Shown here piece after piece: positions 12,241-22,343 of a stretch of 63,371 bases of DNA. Location: positions 682,630-746,000 of the forward strand of contig RHPI01000638.1 of NCBI GenBank assembly GCA_009103225.1. Direction: 5' to 3'. Every line of letters starts with the position of its first letter. Positions within the stretch are counted from its first letter, which is position 1. The stretch comes from Chlorokybus atmophyticus (taxonomy: Eukaryota > Plantae > Mesostigma and Chlorokybus algae). Position numbers and translations under genes: made by a program. Under the pieces are notes generated by a model that saw nothing but the letters and a program-made list of their open reading frames with translations, searched no databases and was not told where the DNA came from.

Positions 12241-14413
12241 ATGCATGCAGCAAGGCTCAGCTCAGTGAGGTTGTCTCTGCGGCAGGCGGCGACAACGGCG
12301 GCGAGGGCGGCGGCGACCATGCCCGCCGCCGATCCGCCCACCGCCGCCCCGGCCCCCCCGCGCCTGCGGGCGCTCGTGGTGGGCGGGTCCCTGGGCGGGC
12401 TGACCGCGGCGGCCGCGCTGGGGTCCGACCCGGCCTGGGACGTGGAGGTCAGGGAGAAGTCGAGCGGGGAATTGAAGGCCGGGGGGGCTGGACTGGCCGT
12501 ACAGCGGGAGATGGAGGTAAGAGGATTTCAGATGGGCATGGCCTGGCCGCTTTCGTGAAGGTTGGCCATACACACTGTACAAGTTTGTGATGAACGCACA
12601 ATTTAGAGTTGCATGCATGGCGTTCACTTGTGTACGCTTGCATAGTGCTTGATTGATCGTTTGCAAGCTGATTTGCGGACACGCCTGGGTTGCAGTAAAC
12701 TAACTTCCCAGCCAAATAGCACATGACCTGATATATGGACCTCCAGGATCAGCTGTGCAGAAGCTTTGTAAGACGTCGGTGTCTGTTCATTGCTTGTGAC
12801 AGTACATACGCGTGCAAGTAACGGCCTCCACTCCATTAGCAATGATGAAACCTGGTTTCATAACTGCAAAGCGTCCCATGCACGAGAACAAGAGCGGTTG
12901 CTTGGATCACCCAATGGTAGCATCCGCAACACACATGCTAACGCATGTGACACGTCATGCATGCTCGCAGGACTACCTGCTGGCGCACAACATCATAGAC
13001 TCGCGAGAGACAGCTAGCGTGCCCACGCGCGAACGCGTGTACGTGGGGCGCAACGGCACGATAATTGGCACCACCCTGACCGACATGCTGTTCACGTCTT
13101 GGGACACGCTTTACCGCAAGCTCAAGGTGAATTGCACTGTGTGTGTCTCTCTCTGCTTGTCTTAGAAGCAGGATAATCCATCCATGATGCTGATCATGTT
13201 AGGGCGTGGTGCCGCATGACAAGTACAGGTTCGGAGCCAAAGTGGTGGGATTCAAGCAGCGCGATGATGGGGTGGAAGTGGAGTACACTGATGGCACGAA
13301 GGAAGAGTGTGACTTGTTGGTTTGCGCGGATGGTGCGAAGTCCACTTTGAGACAGTCTCTGTTGCCTGAGGTAGTGAGATAACGACACACACGCGCGCAC
13401 GGACGCACAACCGTTCTAAACATGCCAGCTGTGGACGCACCGCTTGCAGGTGGAAGCAGAGTATGCTGGCTATGTTGCGTGGAGAGGCTTGGTGGAGGAG
13501 AGCAAAGTGCCTCCCGAGCTGGCAGAGTTCTTCCGTGAGAGATTTATCGTCTTCCAGGGCTTCAACCAGCACATTCTTGCAGTAAGTACACCCTTCACAA
13601 GTGAGTTTTCACAACAACAGTGCTTTTTTAACACACAGTGTTTTGCAGTACACCATACCGGGTTCGGCCGAGGGGCCCGGGCAGGGCTTGCTGCCTGGCT
13701 CGCGGTTGTTCAACTGGGTTTGGTACGTAAACGCGCCGGTTGGTGAACCGCTGAACAGAGTCATGATGGATGCTGAGGGAAATCTCCATAAGTTTTCTGT
13801 ACCGCAGGTGCTGTCTTGTGTGCGATTGTTGCGGTGTCTGAAGCAGCAATGTTGATGTGTTGATGTTGATGCTCAGGGTGCGGTGAATGAGGAAGCCAAG
13901 GCAGCCATGCAGAAACTGGCACGCGAGTCGTTGGCACCGCAGTTTGCACAGCTGGTGCTGCTGACAGAAGAGCCTTTTCTTCAGGTCCGACTGTTCATTA
14001 GTACCTGCGTGCAACGTGCTTTCACCAGTCCCTTCCAATAACGATTCATGGTTGACTTCCTTGTGTCTACAGGCAATCTATGACATCGCTGTCCCGCGCA
14101 TGGCCTTCACTAGAGTTGCATTAGTTGGTGATGCAGCCTTTTTGTTGCGCCCTCATACAGCTGCTGGCACGTCAAAGGCAGCTTCGGATGCCATAGCATT
14201 GGCTAACATGCTGCAAAGGTGGGTTTCAGCAGCATGGCCTGCACATCTGCACAGCAGGGTGATTAATGGTGGTGTTGGGCCAGGTATGGCAGAGATGTAC
14301 CGTCAGCGCTACGAGAATGGGAGAAAAGCCAACTCGAGTTGGGAAAAAGGCTGGTAACGTGGGGGAAGATGGTGGGAGATCGCTCGCAGTTTCAAGAGCG
14401 ACATTATGTATGA
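12241..14413 (+). CDS. FAD-dependent monooxygenase, 2,6-dihydroxypyridine 3-hydroxylase-like; 8 exons
   Basis: ALVVGGSLGGLTAA (FAD binding), FTSWDTLY, VCADGAKSTLR, EYAGYVAWRGLV, FNWVWYVN, VALVGDAAFLLRPHTAAGTSKAASDA and WEKSQLELG. GT-AG introns; TGA at 14411-14413. An alternative start ATG precedes PAADP. Confidence 0.88.
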
Positions 14414-15489
14414 TAGTATTGTCACGAACGTGGAGAGGTCTAGAAGTGAACTTCAATGTGTATGCGTTTGTGCATGCTATCATTAAAGTGTTGTTCGTGT
14501 TTGTGTTAGTAGGTTTACAATGTATGGCATGTTATACGAATCATGACGGCATGTTGCGGACATGAACAATTACTTGAGTAGTAGTTATCATGTTCGCAAA
14601 ACGTATGCACTATAACATAATACAATTGTGATATGCTACCCGCCACACAATGTACATGAATGCCACGTTTTAATTTAAGCCTATTGATTTCGAAATGACG
14701 CAACTATAAATACCTTATTATGTATCTGATGCACGCACCATCTATTTCAAGCATACACAACGAGGAGGTCTAAACTGTAGTGTAGTGAGGTTGGAACAAA
14801 GAGTGTGTATAGCCGGTGGTTGTGTTGCAATGTACAGGATATTAGGGCTGTTAGGCATGCATAGACTCTCAGCTGCAACGGCATACCATGCAGTCATAAA
14901 CACAAATATACAAGCAACAGCAATCACACCACTGGGCTATGCCATACCGCATGTCTCTACTTACTACACTAGCACTCTACCTACCCAAAGGCTGCCCCGT
15001 TATACATGCATACATGCACAAGCAGTTACCTGCACGCAAGTGCACCTAGTGAGTCCCTCCGGTCTTCATGGCAAACAGCACAAGAAGCAGACGGACTCCC
15101 ACTCCCACTCTTCCGTTCTCTTTCACCCACGCCCTCACTTCCTCCGCTGCCCCATGATGCCGTGCAAAGTGTAACCCTCATGCAGGCCCCTCTGCCCTGC
15201 CCCTGTGCCCCGCCCCTTCGGCCGTCGCGGTGCCTGTTAGTCCTGGCCGTTGTCATTGCAACTACTGGCAGTTAGGTGCTGGTGGTTGGGTTAGATGGTG
15301 GGATTGGTAGCCAATGTTTGTTGTCGCATGGGCAAGATGTATTACCATACAGCCAGCTCCTCGCGCCTGTTCAGTGTCCACCTTGGATGATGATGTGGCG
15401 CGCACTAATGCGGTAGTAGGTCTTCCTTGCAATTGATGTCCATCAGCCAGCTGCGTGCTGCCCGGGCCCTCTCCCAGCTATCGATGTTG

Positions 15490-16750
15490 CACTCTGTCGT
15501 TGCATTGCTTGAAACACAATTCTATACAATGCTCTTGGGGGCGTGCAGTAGATGTAGGTGTTGCAGCGCTCTCAACATTGCCAACACACACGCATACACT
15601 TGAGGGGATGCCCTTTCGCTTGCATCGCCAACAGCAGTGTCATGGCCGCTACAAAATGCGCTGTGTACGTATACAGTCTCGTGAATCGCACGTACTGCAA
15701 TTCCACTGCACCCAACTTTGTGCTTCGTGGCATGTTGGACTCAAGCAGGGGCGCATGATGCCGGGGTATGTTCTTCTGTACGCGGCAGATGGTGTTTGGC
15801 GTACAGCTTGAAGCATAGCTCGTCCGCGATTAGAAAGACTGTACGATTTAAAAAAGCAATTAATGTGCGGTGGCTGTAGACGTTACCGTCAGAGCATCTC
15901 TTGGGTACAGACCACCTCCTGGCACCTCCGGGCTCAGGTACAGCAAGGTGTCAAAGTTTGCAATGTTTGTTGTGCAAATCATCAATGTACCGAAGACGCC
16001 CCTTGCACACTGCGTCAGCAGCGCCATGTCGCCGGCGTCTCGCAGGCCCCGCGCAAACTGCAGCTCGTGTGATAGTTAGCCATTGGCCAAATGAGCTCTC
16101 GCATTATTGCCCATTGGCACCCCCACCGGTTGCTTGTACAGCTCGTCCGAGGCCGTTCTTACGTACAGATTATCCAACAGGTACTTGAGCGTAGTGTGCA
16201 ACGACGCTGCGGTAAATGTACTCCACATGCGGCCGTCATTTATGCGATAGGTTGCCGCCGTAGCCCATCTATTTGACACAGTGCCATTCGGCTCCACTGT
16301 TGAATGCAAATGAGTGGCTGTGTCGTGACGCTGCTTGTAATCAACTGTAGCAACCACTAGCCACCGCATGCGCTGTAGCAGATTCGCATGTGGAATTGTG
16401 GTATGTATAATTGCAGAGTCAAAGGTTTGCAGGCGCATGTGATGTCTTTTGTCAGCTGCCGAGCGGGTAGGGTTAGAGGTTGTTTGCAAACGCCCTAAGG
16501 CCTGACAATCAGACATTGTCCAGCAGTGCTGGCCATGAGGGAGAGCCACCGCTTCAGCCCACAGTGCGTGCCATACTGGTTGGATCGCTTGATATATGCA
16601 TGCCAGCAAGATGCTGACATCCGACAAAGAGGTCTCATATGCCGCAGCAATAAAACGAGGCTTCGGCGGTGTCTTATGCAGCTCGATCAGCAAGTACATG
16701 TGCGGTAGCGTGTGCTTGCATGCTGTTTGGCATGCTGCGAGTGATGTCAT
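15490..16750 (-). mobile_element. Degenerate Penelope-like retroelement reverse transcriptase (finger/palm/thumb), frameshifted and 5'-truncated
   Basis: LPHMYLLIELHKTPPKPRFIA, LQTFD...HTTIPH, YLLDNLYV...LYKQPVGVPMGNNARAHLAN. After frameshifts come RYIDD (15978-15992), GLYPRDALT and a thumb-like KLGAVELQYVRFTRLYTYTAHF...KGHP segment. Confidence 0.85.
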
Positions 16751-17032
16751 GCATGTCTACAATTACTGCCAGGATATATGACAACATTATAAACCTGAAC
16801 AACAACTACGATCAGATTCTATTGGAAGAATGATAATGAGTACGACTTTTGTGTTGTAAATTGCACACAATGAATGGATTGATATCAACGATTTATTATA
16901 CATATGATTTCTTTAAATTAATTTAAAAAGTATAATTGTACAATGCAATTGACTGTTTATAGTCATGTCGCATACGGTTTCAATTGAAACGTTTCCGTCG
17001 TGAAATAGATATCTCATTATTTTAAACATGAT

Positions 17033-17090
<58 letters not shown>
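17033..17090. repeat. (TA)n microsatellite
   Basis: TA run seen directly, with one C interruption at 17043. Confidence 0.97.
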
Positions 17091-17093
<3 letters not shown>

Positions 17094-17240
17094 AAATTAT
17101 GTTAGTGCAACCTAACATATGCCATATGTATTGGTACAGCAGGCAGTTGTAAAACTTTTTCTTGGTAAGGGCATATGTAACGGTACATGTTGTAATCATG
17201 AGCATGCAAGAGTCTGCATTGCATAAGGTATAATGGTTGC

Positions 17241-17771
17241 TGTAACGGGAAGGTACACCAAATTACCACAAATCGACCATAAAAGCATCAAGTCTTTTAT
17301 GGTCGAGTGGGCTGTGACATTGGTCATCGGAGCTTGAGACCCGGTTTCAATTCCTGCTTTGCACACGAATACCGTGGTCGTTATTTCTCGATCCAATAAC
17401 ATCGTAAATGGTCACTTTATAAGTGCCATCATCGATGGGTCGCGACTTGCCTAATGGCAGTCGCGCCGAACTGACCGGTTCAGTCGGCGCGACAGGGCGC
17501 GACCTGCCTATCGCGGCGACGCGACCTGTGGGGCTGGCAGCGGTGCGCTATGCGCGCGTTGACCGGTATGGGCCTGAATTGGCCGGTCTTTGGGTGATGG
17601 GGCCGGTGACTGACCCTAAATCAGACCCGAGATGATTCCCCAGCTGATGGGCGCCAGCTGCCGAGGACGTCAGCGTTCTTAAGTGGGGGGAATGTAACGG
17701 GAAGGTACATTAAATTACCACAAATCGACCATAAAAGCATCAAGTCTTCTATGGTCGAGTGGGCTGTGACA
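17241..17771 (+). mobile_element. Non-autonomous miniature LTR retrotransposon (TRIM-like), 531 bp
   Basis: 79-bp direct repeats TGTAAC...GTGACA at 17241-17319 and 17693-17771 with 3 substitutions. PBS-like TGGTCATCGGAGC at 17321-17333; polypurine tract AAGTGGGGGGAA directly before the 3' LTR; TSD GTTGC at 17236-17240 and 17772-17776. No coding capacity. Confidence 0.92.
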
Positions 17772-18984
17772 GTTGCACACATTGCATGCATTGTTTGTGC
17801 AAGTTACTTCATACCGTATGCAAATACAAATGATAGACATATACTGTATACTACTACGAACATTATCGATAACTTGAAATAGCCATTGATTAGCATCGTG
17901 TGACGATAAAGCAACGAATACTCAACCAACATATATAGCAGATAACTCATGCATGCTTGCATGACTCATAGAGTGGGCAATGAAATAGTGGTATTCAGTA
18001 TAGAGTCAAGTCCGAAGCTTGTGGAATGCGTGGGCATGTCGCAATATGTGTCTGGCTATGGCCGTTGAGAAGTACATCAATAGGCACACTTGGTAGGGTA
18101 CATCATGTCAAGTTGAACTCCACTAAGGGCTTGTTGATGACGTAAACAACATCACATCTAATGTGATTCACATTACTTTTGTTGATCAGTGCACGAGGCA
18201 ACTATCAAGCTCACTATCACACTAATAACAGACACAACACCTACTCCCACACATGCACACACGGTACATCAGATGAGAACGCAAGCCGCATTATGCTTAG
18301 CCTTGATGGGCCCATTCGACACTCCAACTTCAATGCTTTTATTAGGAAGGCTTGCCGTAAGTTGCGAGCACGGGGTGTTGCAACGGCGGCGCGCCCACAT
18401 CGCAATCCGCGCCGCCGCGAGATGAGTTGCAACATCACGAGGCCAAGCCAGCGAGCTTTTGAACGAAACACCTGCGGTCGACAGCGATTCTGCTGCACGA
18501 TCGCTTTTGGATGCAAACGCCAACGCGACAGGCCAATATGCCGTTTAAATGTGCAAAAAACCGAGGGACAAAAACTCCCCTTCTTGACAGAAGTGGCTCA
18601 TGTGTAATAGAGACACATGAAATTCCTAAAAATCTTTACGTGATAAGATATTGTGAGATATTGTTATTGAATGAGATAGATTATATTGTCCCATCACTAA
18701 CAGCTGCAGTGGCCGCTTGCCCAGATAGCCCATCTTACTACACTGCTGTTGCATACATAATTAAAAATACAACTTTCATTCACATTTGCAATACATCTTA
18801 TTTCACCAAATACTACTCATCAATCACAGGAAACACATCGATTTTGGATTACATTTATCATTCCGACCATATGCATTGTATATGATCCTCAACTTTGAGC
18901 CCATTCTCAAAATTGCGTCACGGACATCAATGGTTTGAACTATAATATATAGTGAAAGTTACGCACAATAAAACATACGAACAA

Positions 18985-19300
18985 CGTGCGCGTTTGCGCG
19001 CATGCAGTGCAATGCGCGGGTATGGGGGTCAGTGAGTGCGAGTGTGCGCGTGTGTGTTGGTGCCTCTTGGTGTGCGTGCATGCACGTGTGTCAGTCAGTA
19101 TGTGCGCGCGTTGATGTGTGCATTTGTGTGCGTGCACATTTGTGTACAACCATCTGCGTGCGCATTTGCGTGGGCGCGTGCAGTGCTTTGCGCGGGCGTA
19201 CGTGAGTGCGAGTGTGTACGCACGCTTGTGTGCAAACAAGCATGTGCGTGTGCTTGTGCCAGCGTTTTTGGTAATGTAGACGTGTGCAATGCGGTGTGTG
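18985..19300. repeat. Imperfect alternating purine-pyrimidine (GT/GC/CA) tract
   Basis: About 300 bp of gtgtgc/gcgcgt/gcatgc runs. Similar tracts occur at 25655-25990, 30090-30190, 41480-41560, 49090-49440 and 49640-49740. Confidence 0.85.
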
Positions 19301-20186
19301 CGTGCACTGACTTGCCTGGCGATGCCCTGGCTCTGGCGATGGAAGGCCGCCGCTACAACCTTCATAGCCGCCTGCTCTACAGCCCGGTCAGCCTGATCCG
19401 ACTGTGTGCAGTATGGACATGGCGCTACTACCGCACACGCGCGGCAAAGCGCTGGCTTACCACCGCTCCTCTTCGCCGCCGCCGTCGTCAGTGCCGCCAT
19501 TTTCGCCACGTGGCCACAACTCTCGGGAGAAGCGCAGGGGACGGACTGACCGGCTGTGAATCAACACGCCGACGGTGTTGAAACGCCGACGGACGTCCCC
19601 AACTGCCGACGGTCGACGGGCCGGCGGGCCACGGGAAGCAAGCCTTTCCTCCCTTGCTGGTTGAGGGCGTGGCGGTCACGTTGCCTGCAGGTCTTGTCAT
19701 TGTCACACCAGATGCACAGCTGCTGAAGCCCGTGCTTTCAGGGCGGAGGCGGGCGTGGGCACTGCTGCGCCCCTGGCAAGCTTCACCTGACCTGCTTGGT
19801 AAGAGGAAGTCACTGCTATGCCAAAGCTAGCTCCTGGCGGTCAAGAACACGGCAACTTGGTGTGCACGTACATCGTCTTGCAAACCATGGTGCCATGCAC
19901 AAGGTGCATATAGTTGCATGCACGTAGCAGTGGGCGGCGCCAAGACGACATCAAGCGGAATCAGTCACATTTGGTATGCACACACCAGTGGCGGGGGCCT
20001 AGCACAGCATGGCCTAGCACTGCACCAAGCGACACTGCAAGGCTGCTACGCCTCCAGCCTTTTGGCGCTGTGAGTTTTAGGTTGGTTGCTTGACTGGTGG
20101 CTATTGCTACGTACTGCCTTGCTTTGCATTGCACAGTACACAGGAGCACCTAGTGCGTGGATCTAGCTGAAGGCCCCTGGTGCAAT

Positions 20187-20422
20187 GGTGGTCCCTGCCG
20201 CCTGCCCTGTCTTGTGCTTAAGCTGCGGGTGCATGGTGTGACTCTTGACGCTATTCATGTGGAAGGTGCAGCTAATACACTTGGGAGCACATAGAGTGTA
20301 CAGCTAGTTGTCAGCGCCTGGTGTGATTGTGGCCCCTGCTGCCTGCCCTGTCTTGTGCACTGCTTGAGCTGCGTGTGCATGGTGTGACGTCTTATACCCT
20401 ACGCATGTGTACGGTGCAGCTA
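20187..20422 (+). repeat. Imperfect direct duplication (about 90 bp, spacing about 141 bp)
   Basis: gtggtccctgccgcctgccctgtcttgtgc...gcatggtgtgac...gtgcagcta at 20187-20275 recurs at 20328-20422. Confidence 0.75.
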
Positions 20423-20490
20423 ACAGGTGAAAGGCGGCAGAGCTGCCGTTGACACTGGCGTTCTAAAGCTTTTCAAAGGCTTGGGAAGGC

Positions 20491-21808
20491 ATGAAGCTCA
20501 AGCCTTTACCCTGGCGTCAGCCCTCCATCCTGGTGAGGCTCATGGATTACAATGACCTCTTGGGGAAGGTCCTGGCGGAGGTCACCATGGGATATGGTAA
20601 GTTGCCTTGCCAAGTGGTGCAGTGCTACTGCATGCACGTACTGCCTCACACGTTCAACATACCTTGTATTTTACCTCCTTCTACGTACCCCGTGTAAGCA
20701 GTAGTTGTAGTAGTAGGCTACTACTACTACTACTACTGCCCAGTCCTGCTAGTCATGCATGCATACATACATAGTCGCTACGATACCTGCCAGTCAGTTG
20801 TTGCACATTGTGTCTGCTACATCTGATGGCTGCATGCACAGAACAAGTAGTCGGGTAATTTCCAATCGAAGTCACAGACGGTCTGAGTGCTCCTGCACCC
20901 TGTGGCCAGGTAGATTCAGCACGTCTGATGCTGGTGTGCAAGATATTTGCGCAAGTCCTACGCGACACCCCGTCCACATGGAGAATTGTGGACCGTGATG
21001 ACTACGAGGACAATAGCAGCAACGGCAACGCTCAAGGTTTGGGGGTCTGCCTGCTGCGCTCTGCCCCGTCCTATGTCAAAGACAACAATTACGGAGCTAT
21101 GCGGGCATGGCAAGTACGAGGCTTTGCCTGCAGAGGTCAAGGACATGAAGAAGTGCATGAAGTGGAGTCTTCGCAGCTGCCCGGGAGACCGTGTGATAGC
21201 AGTTCCCATCTTCGCTGCGCTACAAGAGTTAACCGTATGGGGAAGCGACATATCCTACTTCTTGCCATGGTATGGACGTTTCCAAGGGCTGAGGGAACTG
21301 TACTTGGTCGACAGTGTTTGTTCAGTGGATCTCAATTTGGGGTTTTTGGCTGAGTGCAAGCTGCTCGAGGTCTTGAAGCTGGAGTTGCCAGAATGCTATA
21401 CACGTATTTACGGGCCGCATCCTGAGCTTGAAGCAGTTGAGGTTGTACGGCGACATTATGATGATACCCTCGCCTCTGCCGCCATCTCTTGAGCATCTCA
21501 CAATCAGGAGTACTGGTCATTTTATTTTTGACCACCGCGATCCAACAATGCATACCCTCGAACACGGCGTTCAAGACGAGTGTCTGGTGGATCAGCTCGT
21601 CCAGATACCCAGCCTCCTGCTGGTATCAGATATAGCAGGGTATGTGAGTGTTGCCGATGCCCTTGCGCCACGAATTGAAGACGCGGGACTCGAACACCTG
21701 TGCATTCTGCAACGCATAGGTGAGGTGGAAGCTGCACTCTACATCTTCACCCCGAACATGTCAGAATTTGCCGAGGTTACCTTGATCAACACCGCCACTA
21801 TAGATTAA
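20491..21808 (+). pseudogene. F-box-like/LRR-like protein, apparently frameshifted
   Basis: DYNDLLGKVLAEV (exon ends 20596) plus ARLMLVCKIFAQVLRDTPSTWR resembles an F-box. The LRR-like ALQELTVWG...LRELYL...LLEVLKLEL and LSLKQLRLYGD...SLEHLTI segments lie in two other frames. Confidence 0.5.
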
Positions 21809-22343
21809 CTGTTTTTTAAGCTGATTCCAGCGAGCAGTTTGACATGCTGCCACTGTAGAATTGGTTCTGCACGTTTTGTAATGCTGAGTCAGCAGATTGC
21901 ATGCATACACGTATGTCAAGGGCTGCTTAACACGCTGTAACGCAATATGCCTGTGTGTGTAACCATAAGTGCACTGTCATGTGTGCATGACTACTGGTAT
22001 CAGTGCATGAGTGCTGGCATTGAGTGCATGAGTAGTAACTGGCATACGTACACTATCATGAGTGCACTGTCATAGGCTGATGCCGCAAGGTCATGACCCA
22101 ATGCAAGTAGGGTTGCACTACCAGACCTTGCAGCAACTGCCATACAGGCATGCCTAACCAAACCTATTGCGTGCTGCTGTGCATGTAGCTTCTATGCCTG
22201 GACCCTTGACACACCACTGGAGCGTGCATGACTGCTGCTGGTGTGTGCATGTTAGTTAGCTTGCGCGTGCATGCTTGTTGACTGGCATGCGCGCCATGCA
22301 TGTTGCATCTTCTTTACATGATCAGCATGTCACAAAGCAGCCA

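Noticed and set aside
15026-15256. CAVCHE...LAC as the start of a RING/PHD finger
   Set aside because: Only a partial cysteine pattern; no continuing exon supplying the remaining ligands was found.
15400-15470. Possible hammerhead ribozyme at the 3' side of the Penelope-like RT (minus-strand CTGATGG)
   Set aside because: The core is CTGATGG rather than CTGANGA, there is no GAAA box, and no convincing stems.
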